A DNA stretch of 64,000 nucleotides from the NCBI GenBank assembly GCA_035630545.1, contig DASQKK010000084.1, forward strand, positions 3,405 through 67,404. Reading direction: 5' to 3'. The notes beneath the pieces are model-generated. The model saw nothing but the letters and a program-made list of their open reading frames with translations, was not told the DNA's origin and did not search any database. Shown here piece by piece: positions 8,917 to 17,059 of the stretch. Position numbers and translations under genes: made by a program. This stretch comes from Gaiellaceae bacterium. Its GTDB lineage: Bacteria; Actinomycetota; Thermoleophilia; Gaiellales; Gaiellaceae. Position 1 is the stretch's first letter, and each line of letters starts with the position of its first letter.

Positions 8917-9498
8917 ATGTCGAAGCTCGCAGTGCGAGGGCTCGTCCTGGGAACCGTGATCGCGCTGCTCGGCGTGGGCTCGTACGCCATCGCGGGCGGT
9001 GGGTCGAAGAACTTCAGCGGCAGCCCGATGACCGGATTCGAGGAGAACCCGGACCTGTCGACCACGGGGAACGGGTTGTTCACGGCACGGCTATCCAATG
9101 ACGGCACCTCGATCCACTACAAGCTCAGCTACTCCGGGCTCGAAGGAACCGTGACGCAGGCACACGTCCACTTCGCGAAGCGGGCGCTGAACGCGGGTAT
9201 CTCCTTCTGGCTCTGCGAGACCGCCACGAATCCGTCGCCGTCCGCCAGCACCCCGGCCTGTCCGATGCCGGGCGGCACCGTCGAGGGCGACATCACGGCG
9301 GCCGAGGTGATCGGTCCCGCCGCGCAAGGAATCGAGCCAGGAAACCTGGCCGAGATTCTCGCGGCGATGCGCGCCGGCCACGCGTACGCGAATGTCCACT
9401 CGTCCAAGTACGGGGGTGGCGAGATCCGCGCTCAGATCAAGAAGGGGCGCGGCGGCGACCATGACAAGGGCAAGAAGAGGCACGACGACGACGATTAG
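8917..9498 (+). CDS. secreted CHRD domain protein
   Basis: ATG with GGATGGAGG upstream, in frame with ORF 8863..9498. Signal peptide present. HVHFAKR...ANVHSSKYGGGEIRAQI fits CHRD. Charged tail KKGRGGDHDKGKKRHDDDD. Confidence 0.8.
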   Translation: MSKLAVRGLVLGTVIALLGVGSYAIAGGGSKNFSGSPMTGFEENPDLSTTGNGLFTARLSNDGTSIHYKLSYSGLEGTVTQAHVHFAKRALNAGISFWLCETATNPSPSASTPACPMPGGTVEGDITAAEVIGPAAQGIEPGNLAEILAAMRAGHAYANVHSSKYGGGEIRAQIKKGRGGDHDKGKKRHDDDD

Positions 9499-9523
9499 CC
9501 TCGTCGGCTCGAGGTGAAAGAGA

Positions 9524-9552
9524 GGGCGGCGCCGCAGAACACGGCGCCGCCC
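9524..9552. terminator. bidirectional hairpin between the convergent CHRD genes
   Basis: Perfect 11-bp stem GGGCGGCGCCG / CGGCGCCGCCC with loop CAGAACA. Confidence 0.6.
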
Positions 9553-9567
9553 CCGATCCCTCCCCCT

Positions 9568-10059
9568 CTACTTGATGTCGCCCCGGATTTCCCCGCTGGG
9601 GAACGCGACTGTGTGCACGTTCACGTAGGCACCGCCGTTGTTCATCCTCTCGATCACGTCCTCGAGGGTGGCGATGCCCCCGGGGCACGCCGCTGAGTCC
9701 GGACGGGCGATCACGTTTGCGTTGGTGATCGTGCCTTCGCTGAGCACGCCGTTGGGCGAGACGGTCGGGCCGAGGCCGTACAGAAAGACCACGACCGGCC
9801 CGTTGACGCCGGGTGCGCCGCAGTGGATGTGCGACTGGGTCACGTCGACGATATTCGAGGCGATCAGCTTGAAGTCTAGTGAGCTGCCGTCTTCCGACAG
9901 GTGGAAGACCGCCTGCGCCTGCCCCTGGCTGTCTCGAACAGGCACTTCGGTGTCGCCCTGGGAGTGGGTGCTCCAGTTCCGGTTCACGCCACCGACGGCG
10001 AGCCCGACAGCTGCCAGGCCGACCAGAAACGCTGCTGCGAGCCCTGTGCCTCGTTTCAT
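9568..10059 (-). CDS. secreted CHRD domain protein (paralogue)
   Basis: ORF 9568..10101, start taken at MKRGTGLAAAF (GGGAGGGA upstream). SHIHCGAPGVNGP...VNVHTVAFPSGEIRGDI. Confidence 0.8.
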   Translation of the reverse strand: MKRGTGLAAAFLVGLAAVGLAVGGVNRNWSTHSQGDTEVPVRDSQGQAQAVFHLSEDGSSLDFKLIASNIVDVTQSHIHCGAPGVNGPVVVFLYGLGPTVSPNGVLSEGTITNANVIARPDSAACPGGIATLEDVIERMNNGGAYVNVHTVAFPSGEIRGDIK

Positions 10060-10141
10060 GCGTCCCTCCCTTTTCCCCCCGCGGAAGTGAGTACGGACCA
10101 CTGCTCCCTACGACTACGGGCGCGACCCCGGATCGGTTTGC

Positions 10142-11260
10142 CTATGGCGCGGCCTCTTCGAGTCGGCGGATCACGTCGAGCGTGAACGCCGCCGCCCGCG
10201 CCCCGTCGACGACGCGATGGTCGAAGGTGACCGAGACGTTGCCGATCTGGCGGACGACGATCTCTCCGTCGCGAACGACGGGGCGCGGACCGATCCGGTG
10301 CAGACCGAGGATCCCGACCTGAGGGTGATTGACGAGGGGGGTCACGAGCACGCCGCCGAGCTTGCCGGCACTCGTGACGGTGAACGTGCCGTCGCGGAGC
10401 TCCTCCGGCTTCAGCGTCCCGGCCCGCGCGGACTCGGCGAGCCGCGTGACCTCGGCGGAAAGCGCCTCGAGCGGCTCGGTGTCGCAGGCGTGCACGACCG
10501 GGACGACGAGCCCCTGGTCGGTCTGGACCGCGACGCCGATGTCGACACGGTCGAGGTAGACGATCTCGTCCCCGTCGAGCCGGGCGTTCAGCTCCGGGAA
10601 CTCCTGCAAGGACGCGGCGACCGCTTTCAACGTCACCGGCAGCAGAAGCTTGACGTCGACGTCGGTGAAGTCCGCCTCCTCGACGAACGTGACGGCGGGA
10701 ATCTCGCGGTGGGCCTGGGTCAGGTGCTCGACGATCTGCCGGCGCACGCCGCGCACCGGCTCGCGCCGGCCCTCGGAGGGCTTGTGTCTATCAGACACAA
10801 GCTCCCCTCCGGCCGCGCCGCGGACATCCTCCTCCGTGACGCGCCCATTCGGTCCCGTACCACTCAACGACGCCAGATCGACGCCGAGGTCCTGGGCGAC
10901 GCGGCGGACGACCGGGGTGGCCTGAACACGAGCTTGTGACTGATAGACACTTGCCGTCGGGGCCGCCTCGGGCATCCGCCGCTCCTGTGTCGGTGCTCGC
11001 TCGGCGGCTGGCTCGGTGGCGCCGTCGCCGCCGATCACGACGAGGACGGTGCCGACCGGAACGACCTCCCCTTCGGCGACGAGGATCTTCGTCACCGTGC
11101 CCGCCGCCGGCGAGGGGATCTCGACCGTCGTCTTGTCGGTCGCGATCTCGACGAGCGGGTCGTCCTCGGCGAGCTCTTGACCCTCCGCGACGAGCCAGCG
11201 GGCGATCTCGCCCTCGGTCAGACCCTCGCCGAGGTCCGGCAGCTTGAACTCGTACGCCAT
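10142..11260 (-). CDS. 2-oxoacid dehydrogenase E2 (dihydrolipoamide acyltransferase)
   Basis: ORF track, 372 aa. Lipoyl site EIATDKTTVEIPSP, PSBD PVVRRVAQDLGVDLASLSGTGPNGRV, catalytic DHRVVDG. Confidence 0.93.
   Translation of the reverse strand: MAYEFKLPDLGEGLTEGEIARWLVAEGQELAEDDPLVEIATDKTTVEIPSPAAGTVTKILVAEGEVVPVGTVLVVIGGDGATEPAAERAPTQERRMPEAAPTASVYQSQARVQATPVVRRVAQDLGVDLASLSGTGPNGRVTEEDVRGAAGGELVSDRHKPSEGRREPVRGVRRQIVEHLTQAHREIPAVTFVEEADFTDVDVKLLLPVTLKAVAASLQEFPELNARLDGDEIVYLDRVDIGVAVQTDQGLVVPVVHACDTEPLEALSAEVTRLAESARAGTLKPEELRDGTFTVTSAGKLGGVLVTPLVNHPQVGILGLHRIGPRPVVRDGEIVVRQIGNVSVTFDHRVVDGARAAAFTLDVIRRLEEAAP
10784..10804. repeat. 21-nt AT-rich inverted-repeat arm inside the E2 gene (partner at 10930..10950); also self-palindromic
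   Basis: GTGTCTATCAGACACAAGCTC. The reverse complement of 10930..10950 is GTGTCTATCAGTCACAAGCTC (20/21 identical). Confidence 0.7.
10930..10950. repeat. 21-nt inverted-repeat arm inside the E2 gene (partner at 10784..10804)
   Basis: GAGCTTGTGACTGATAGACAC. See the partner arm. The two arms bracket the PSBD-coding segment. Confidence 0.7.
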
Positions 11261-11272
11261 CGCGCCCGCAGG

Positions 11273-11659
11273 CTACCGGGGGGTGCCGATCCAGGCGCCG
11301 GCGGGTGCGATGAGGACGCGCAGTCCGCCCTCGACGCGCCAGAGCGAGAGCGCCTGCTCGTCGCCGGCCAGCTCGGGCGCGACCGCCGCCGGGACGTAGC
11401 CGACCTGCAGCGTCCGTTCCTCGTTCCAGATCGCGACCGCATTCGGGTCGTGCTCGTTCGACGGCTCGGGAACGAGCGCGAGCCGGCGCGGCGGGTCGAA
11501 CGAGGGGTCGGACAGCGCCTCTGGGCGGTAGCTGACGCCGGCCGCCGCAACGACCCGGATCCGCGGATCCTCCCAGCCCACCGGCTCGCCGGTCGCCGCA
11601 TCACGGAGGCGGTACCCGCTCGCGCCACGCTCGAGCCAGAGCCGCAGCCGCTCCGTCAC
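11273..11659 (-). CDS. HIRAN domain protein
   Basis: GTG at 11659 overlaps the GNAT stop (GTGA). VAAAGVSYRPEAL...LALVPEPSNEHDPNAVAIWNEERTLQVGYVPAAVAPELA matches HIRAN hallmarks. Confidence 0.75.
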   Translation of the reverse strand: MTERLRLWLERGASGYRLRDAATGEPVGWEDPRIRVVAAAGVSYRPEALSDPSFDPPRRLALVPEPSNEHDPNAVAIWNEERTLQVGYVPAAVAPELAGDEQALSLWRVEGGLRVLIAPAGAWIGTPR

Positions 11660-12288
11660 AGCACGCGTGCGCCGGCGGCGTCGAACGCCGCGACCGGCGC
11701 CGCGGCAGAGGGAGAGCTGGCGTAACCGTCGCGGAAGATCGTGAAGACGACCACGTCGCGCGGCTCGCCGTCGCCGCCGGGGAGGCGCCTGCGCAGGCGC
11801 GCCTCCCGCTGGTAGCCGAGCTTGTGCGGGATCCTCGCACTGGGCTCGTTCGCCGGGTCGACGCGGATCTCGACGCGGTCGACGTCGCACACCTCGAAGG
11901 CGACCTTCGTCAGTGCGGCCGAGAGCTCGGTCGCGAGCCCGGCCCCGATCCGGCTCTTCCTGATCCAGTAGCCGATCTCGAACGCGCCCGCGCCCACCCT
12001 CGTGTGCAGGCCGGTGCCGCCGACGACCTCGGAGCCGTCCTGCGTGAAGACGCCGTAGACGAAATCCTGACCGAGGTCGAACTGACCTCGGAACCGACGC
12101 AGCAGCGACACCTTCTCCTCGTGCGGCCGCGGCTCGTCGCGCGCCCACGGCATCCACGGGCCGAGGTGGTCGAGGCTCGAGTCGATCGCGTCCTTGAGGC
12201 TCCCTGCGTCGGTCGGTTCCCAGCAGCGGATGAGCAGGCGCTCGGTACGAATCGCGTACGGCGGATCGACGACCTTCGCGGGCAGCAC
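11656..12288 (-). CDS. GNAT family N-acetyltransferase (RimJ/RimL-like)
   Basis: GTG at 12288 shares 1 nt with the E1beta stop. TERLLIRCWEPTDAGSL...IGYWIRKSRIGAGLATE...RIPHKLGY. Confidence 0.8.
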   Translation of the reverse strand: MLPAKVVDPPYAIRTERLLIRCWEPTDAGSLKDAIDSSLDHLGPWMPWARDEPRPHEEKVSLLRRFRGQFDLGQDFVYGVFTQDGSEVVGGTGLHTRVGAGAFEIGYWIRKSRIGAGLATELSAALTKVAFEVCDVDRVEIRVDPANEPSARIPHKLGYQREARLRRRLPGGDGEPRDVVVFTIFRDGYASSPSAAAPVAAFDAAGARVL

Positions 12289-13256
12289 TAGAACGCGAGC
12301 AGCGAACGGGCCGCGTCGACCACCCGCTCGACGGACGGCATGTACGCGTCCTCGATCTGCCAGTACGGGTACGGGACGTCGTACCCGGTGACGCGGACGA
12401 CCGGCGCCCGCAGGTCGAGCAGCGCCTTCTCGGCCAGGATCGCCGCCAGCTCGGCCGCGTAGCCGCACGTGCGCGGCGCCTCCTGCACGAGCACGACGCG
12501 GCCCGTCTTCGCCGCGGTCGCGAGCAGAGCCACTTCGTCGAGCGGCTTCAGCGAGCGGAGATCGAGCACCTCGACCGAGGCGTCGAGCGCATCAGCCGCC
12601 TGCTCGCAGACCGGCACCATCGCCCCGTACGCGACGAGCGTGACATCGGTTCCCTCCCGCACCAGACGTGCCTTCCCGAGCGGGACGACGTGCTCGCCGC
12701 CAGGCACTTCGCCTCGCTCGGTCCTGTAGACGAGCTTCGGCTCTAGGATCACGACCGGGTCCGGATCCCGGATGGCGGCCGCGAGCAGCCCCTTCGCATC
12801 GGCAGGCGTCGAGGGGACGGCGACCTTGATCCCGGGCGTGTGCACGTAGTACGCCTCGGGCGAGTCGTCGTGCAGCTCGGGCGCGCGCACGCCGCCGCCG
12901 TACGGCATCCGGATCGTGATCGGGAACGTCATCTTCCCGCCGGTCCGCCAGCGGTAGCGGCCGACGTGGGTGATCAGTTGGTCGAGGCAGGGGTACGAGA
13001 ACGCGTCGTACTGCATCTCGCAGACCGGCCGGTAGCCCGCCATGCAGAGCCCGACCGCGGAGCCGAGGATGCCCGCCTCGGCGAGCGGGGTGTCGACGCA
13101 GCGGTCGGGGCCGAAGCGGTCGCGGAGCCCTGCCGTCGCGCGGAAGACGCCGCCGGCGCGGCCGACGTCCTCACCGAGGACGAGCACGTCCGTGTCGCGC
13201 TCCATCTCGACGTGGAGCGCGTCGTTGACCGCCTCGACGAGAAAGAGCTCAGCCAC
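12288..13256 (-). CDS. 2-oxoacid dehydrogenase E1 component beta subunit
   Basis: ORF track, 322 aa. VLVLGEDVGRAGGVFRAT, DTPLAEAGILG. Confidence 0.93.
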   Translation of the reverse strand: MAELFLVEAVNDALHVEMERDTDVLVLGEDVGRAGGVFRATAGLRDRFGPDRCVDTPLAEAGILGSAVGLCMAGYRPVCEMQYDAFSYPCLDQLITHVGRYRWRTGGKMTFPITIRMPYGGGVRAPELHDDSPEAYYVHTPGIKVAVPSTPADAKGLLAAAIRDPDPVVILEPKLVYRTERGEVPGGEHVVPLGKARLVREGTDVTLVAYGAMVPVCEQAADALDASVEVLDLRSLKPLDEVALLATAAKTGRVVLVQEAPRTCGYAAELAAILAEKALLDLRAPVVRVTGYDVPYPYWQIEDAYMPSVERVVDAARSLLAF

Positions 13257-13280
13257 TCTCGCGCTCCTGGCCGGCTCCCG

Positions 13281-13306
13281 CTCCCGCCGGGCAAAGCCCG
13301 GCTCCG
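13281..13306. repeat. short hairpin repeat, copy A (family CTCCC-stem-AAA-stem-TCCG)
   Basis: CTCCCGCCGGGCAAAGCCCGGCTCCG, identical to 63630..63655. The reverse complement resembles 19538..19563 with compensatory stem changes. Confidence 0.55.
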
Positions 13307-13421
13307 CGGGCCCCTCGCCACGCTGACGGCCCCGGGCTCTTCGGCCCCGTACCGCCGTACTGTGACCTCCGGCCCAGCCCCGTCAGCACGGCGCCAGGAC
13401 CACAAGAGCTGCGTGACTCCG

Positions 13422-14489
13422 TCACTTGCCGAGGATCCTGCGCAGCTCGGCGAGATCGTGGGCGAACGAGTCGGGCGGGTTCGCGAGCGCATGCTCGAAG
13501 ACGAGGCCGGCGTCGGCCGCGGGCTCGGCCTCTGCGGCCGCGATCCCCGCGCGCATGACGTCCGCCGCCTCGGACTTGATCTGCTCGTCGAGCGCGTCGT
13601 GCAGGATCCCCTGCCGGCGCAGGTAGCCGGCGAAGCGGCCGACGCACTCGTTCGCCCGCTCCTCCTCCACCCGCTCGAGATCGATGTACGCCTTCGGGTC
13701 GTCGGCGGTCGCATGTGGCGCCGCGCGATAGGTGACGGCCTCGATGAAGGTCGGCCCGTCCCCGGCGCGGGCGCGCGCAACGCCCTCGCGCGCGGCCTCG
13801 TAGACGGCGAGCACGTCGCCGCCGTCCACACGGGTCCCGGGGATCCCGTAGCCGGCGGCCTTGTCCACGAGCGCCTCCGCCCGCGTCTGGGCCGAGAGCG
13901 GCGTCGAGATCGCCCACTGGTTGTTGTTGCAGAGCAGGACCAGCGGCGCGCGCATGACGGCGGCGAAGTTGGCGCCCTCGTGGAACGCGCCCTCGGAGGT
14001 GGCGCCGTCGCCGAAGAAGGTCAGCGCGCAGGCGCTTTCGCCGCGCAGGCGCTTGCCCCACGCCAGCCCGGCAGCGTGGGGAACCTGGGTTGCGATCGGG
14101 ACGCAGATCGAGGCGACGTTGTAGTCGGCGGGGTTCCACCAGCCCGCGGGATGCCCGCGCCACCAGGAGAGGATCGTCGCCGCCGGCATCCCCCGCAGCA
14201 GCCCGATCGCCGACTCGCGGTAGCTCGGAAAGATCCAGTCGTCGTCCTCGAGCGCATGCACGGCGCCGGCCTGGATCGCCTCGTGGCCCCAGAAGATCGC
14301 GTACGTCCCGATCCGGCCCTGGCGGTGGTACACCACCGAGCGCTCGTCGTAGGTCCGCAGCAGCACCATCGAGCGATAGAGCGCGAGCAGTTCCTGCTCG
14401 CCGACGCCTTCGACCTCTCCGTCCGGGATGGTGTCGCCGTCGCCGATCACGCGGCGGAGGTCTCGCTCCGCGGGCATCGTGCTCGCCAT
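13422..14489 (-). CDS. 2-oxoacid dehydrogenase E1 component alpha subunit (TPP-dependent)
   Basis: Internal ATG (MASTMPAERD) of ORF 13422..14867. TPP motif FFGDGATSEGAFHEGANFAA...NNQWAIS. Confidence 0.9.
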   Translation of the reverse strand: MASTMPAERDLRRVIGDGDTIPDGEVEGVGEQELLALYRSMVLLRTYDERSVVYHRQGRIGTYAIFWGHEAIQAGAVHALEDDDWIFPSYRESAIGLLRGMPAATILSWWRGHPAGWWNPADYNVASICVPIATQVPHAAGLAWGKRLRGESACALTFFGDGATSEGAFHEGANFAAVMRAPLVLLCNNNQWAISTPLSAQTRAEALVDKAAGYGIPGTRVDGGDVLAVYEAAREGVARARAGDGPTFIEAVTYRAAPHATADDPKAYIDLERVEEERANECVGRFAGYLRRQGILHDALDEQIKSEAADVMRAGIAAAEAEPAADAGLVFEHALANPPDSFAHDLAELRRILGK

Positions 14490-14509
14490 TCCGGCGCGGA
14501 CGATACCTC

Positions 14510-15730
14510 TCAGGGAAGGGCCAGCGCCCGCGCGAGCACCGGATCCCTGCCGGCGAGGACGTCGGCCGCCGTGGGCTCGACGGCGACGTCCGGCTCGACC
14601 GCCAGGCGTTTGTCGCCGGGCGCGACCTCGACCCATTCGGCGGCGACGTAGGCGGTCACGCCGGCGCGGGGGAGCTCGATCGGGATCCGATCGCCCCACT
14701 GATTGGGAGCTCCTCCGGTCGGCTCGCCGACGAGCATCGCATTCGTCTCGTGATCGACCGACGCCACGAAGTTCCCCGCAGCGGAGAACGTCATCCGCCC
14801 GGCCAGGACCGCAACCTTGCCGCGCTCCCGGAGCGGCCCGCTCTTCAGCAGCTCGACCAGCGACCAATAGGTCGTGTTGTCGCCGCCGCCGTTGTAGCGG
14901 GCGTCGATCACGAGCCGATGGAAGTCGGGCCGCCGCGCCGCCGCGAGGATGCGGTCGAGCAGCTCCTGCGGCGCGCTCTCGACGTGCCGGTACCCGAGAT
15001 ACAGCGAGCGGCCGCGCTCGAGCGGCTCGAGCAGGAAGGACTCGTCGAGGCCGCGGTACTGAAGCGGGTCGCCCGGCACCGGCAGCGGGGCGAACGCGGT
15101 CCCGAGCGCCTGCGCATACACATGGGACTCCACCGGCTCGAGCGTGACGCTGCTGCCGTCGGCGAAGCGGTACGTCGCCGCGCCCTTGACGGTCCCGAGC
15201 CCCCGCAGCACCTCGGCGCAGACGAGGTACTCGGGCAGCAGCAGCCGCACCGTCGAGGCGTTGTCGCGCGGAATCAGCGGCTCGACCCGGTCGACGACGT
15301 CCTCGATCGGGACGCCGTCCACGGAGACGACCCGTTTCCCGACGTGTGGCGTCCCGTCCAGCTCCGCGACGACATGCACGCCGTCGGCGAAGTCGTGGAC
15401 GCGCAGCGGGAAGAAGTGGAACGGCCGCGCGTGTGCCGGGTCGTGCAGGAAGATGCCGCCGTGGCCGTCGCGCTCCCCGAGCGTCGTCAGCCGGAGAAGG
15501 CCGACGACGAGCTCGTCGCGTGTGAGCTCGGGCGCCTTGGCGGCCAGGGCCCGCGCCTCCGCCCGCAGCTCATTCAGCGGCACCTGATGGTCGGCCTCCG
15601 GATGGAGGCTCGCCATGTCGGTGACGAGACCGGTGATCTCCCGCTGCAACGGCGTGGGCGCCGCCTGCTCCTCGTCGCCGCCGCAGCCCGCGACCACCAG
15701 TGCCAGCGCAGCGGCGGCGAGTGCGCGCAT
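14510..15730 (-). CDS. S41 family peptidase lipoprotein
   Basis: ORF track, 406 aa. Lipobox LVVAGCGG. VIDARYNGGGDN and MTFSAAGNF resemble the S41 catalytic region. Confidence 0.75.
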   Translation of the reverse strand: MRALAAAALALVVAGCGGDEEQAAPTPLQREITGLVTDMASLHPEADHQVPLNELRAEARALAAKAPELTRDELVVGLLRLTTLGERDGHGGIFLHDPAHARPFHFFPLRVHDFADGVHVVAELDGTPHVGKRVVSVDGVPIEDVVDRVEPLIPRDNASTVRLLLPEYLVCAEVLRGLGTVKGAATYRFADGSSVTLEPVESHVYAQALGTAFAPLPVPGDPLQYRGLDESFLLEPLERGRSLYLGYRHVESAPQELLDRILAAARRPDFHRLVIDARYNGGGDNTTYWSLVELLKSGPLRERGKVAVLAGRMTFSAAGNFVASVDHETNAMLVGEPTGGAPNQWGDRIPIELPRAGVTAYVAAEWVEVAPGDKRLAVEPDVAVEPTAADVLAGRDPVLARALALP

Positions 15731-16501
15731 CTAGCGCGCCAGGTGTTCCCGGAGGAAGGCGAGCGTCCGACGCATGACCGCGCGGGACTTCGCGTCCTTC
15801 GTCGTCTCGAAGCCGTGCGGCCCGGTCGGTTGCACGACGAGCTCGACCCGCGCACCGACCTCCTTCGCCCGGGCGATGTATCGGTCGATCGACCGGTTGA
15901 TCGCGGGGTTGTCGCGCCCGGCCTTGGCGACCAGCGTCGGCGGTGCATCCTTGCGCACGTACGCGAGCGGCGAGAGCTGGTCGAGCTCCGCGTGCAGGGG
16001 CCCGTAGTAGCCGACCGTGCAGCGGAGCGCGCCCAGCTTGCGCTGGAGCGCCGGCAGCATCGAGAGCTGGACGCCGGCGGAGAAGCCGGCTACACAGAGC
16101 CGGCTACCGTCGATCCCGAGCCGGGCGGCGTTGCGCCGGACGTAGCGAACGGCCGCCTCCACATCGGCCGGATCCTGCTGGTGGTCGAACGTGACTCCGG
16201 CGAGCCCCGACGCGGCCGCGAGCTGGCCCCAGCCGACGAAGACGCCGTCCGCCTTCGGGCTCTGCGAGCCGCGCGGAGTCCCATGCACGAACAGCACGGC
16301 AGGCAGGCGTCCACTCGCGCGCGCCGGACGGTAGACGTCGAGGGCGAGGCCCGCCTTGTAGAGGACGTTCCGCTTCACCTTCGCCAGGTGCATGCCGGGG
16401 ACCTGGAGCGCGACGACGGCCCCGGCCGTCGGGTTGCGATAGTCGCCGGCGAGCGCCGTCGGCACGAGTGCGAGGAGGAGGGCGGCGACGAAGGCCCTCA
16501 T
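15731..16501 (-). CDS. secreted alpha/beta hydrolase
   Basis: Last 256 aa of ORF 15731..16774 (MRAFVAALLLALVP signal). VLFVHG and the nucleophile elbow GFSAG. The start overlaps the PadR stop (ATGA). Confidence 0.8.
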   Translation of the reverse strand: MRAFVAALLLALVPTALAGDYRNPTAGAVVALQVPGMHLAKVKRNVLYKAGLALDVYRPARASGRLPAVLFVHGTPRGSQSPKADGVFVGWGQLAAASGLAGVTFDHQQDPADVEAAVRYVRRNAARLGIDGSRLCVAGFSAGVQLSMLPALQRKLGALRCTVGYYGPLHAELDQLSPLAYVRKDAPPTLVAKAGRDNPAINRSIDRYIARAKEVGARVELVVQPTGPHGFETTKDAKSRAVMRRTLAFLREHLAR

Positions 16502-17055
16502 GCGTCGAGCTCCCGTTCGACCTCGTTTGCCCAGTCGATCACCGCGCGCGCGTACGCGAGCCCGTACCTGCGCGTCAGCGCGGCGTGGAAGTCCGTCGAT
16601 GCTCCGGCCGACCGGGCGTCGCGCTGCTCGAGATCCTCGCGGAGCGACTCCGCCTCCTCGCGCTGGGCACGCACGTGCCGGGCGAGCGCCTCCGGCGAGG
16701 CGAGCGCTCCGAGAAAGACGCGGAGCAGAAACGGCGACCGGTCGCCGCCCGGAGCCGGCGACGCCTCGAGCCACGCCGTCACCGCCGCACGGCCGGCCTC
16801 CGTCACCTCGTAGACGTGCTTGTCGGGACGGTCGGCCTGCTCGACCTGCTCGCGGGTCGCGAACCCCGCGTCGACGAGCCGCGGCAGCACGGTGTAGATC
16901 TGCGTCTTCGCAGGGCCCCAGAAGTAGCCGACACCGTTGTCGACCGCCTTCCGCACGTCGTAGCCGGAGAGCGGGCCCTTGAGGGCGAGCACGCCGAGGA
17001 GCGCTGCCTCGGTGGCGGTGAGCGTCGTCGTAGTTCGCGCCGTACTAGTCCGCAC
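16498..17055 (-). CDS. PadR family transcriptional regulator
   Basis: ORF track, 185 aa. Winged helix LLGVLALKGPLSGYDVRKAV...IYTVLPRL. Confidence 0.9.
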   Translation of the reverse strand: MRTSTARTTTTLTATEAALLGVLALKGPLSGYDVRKAVDNGVGYFWGPAKTQIYTVLPRLVDAGFATREQVEQADRPDKHVYEVTEAGRAAVTAWLEASPAPGGDRSPFLLRVFLGALASPEALARHVRAQREEAESLREDLEQRDARSAGASTDFHAALTRRYGLAYARAVIDWANEVERELDA

Positions 17056-17059
17056 CGGA

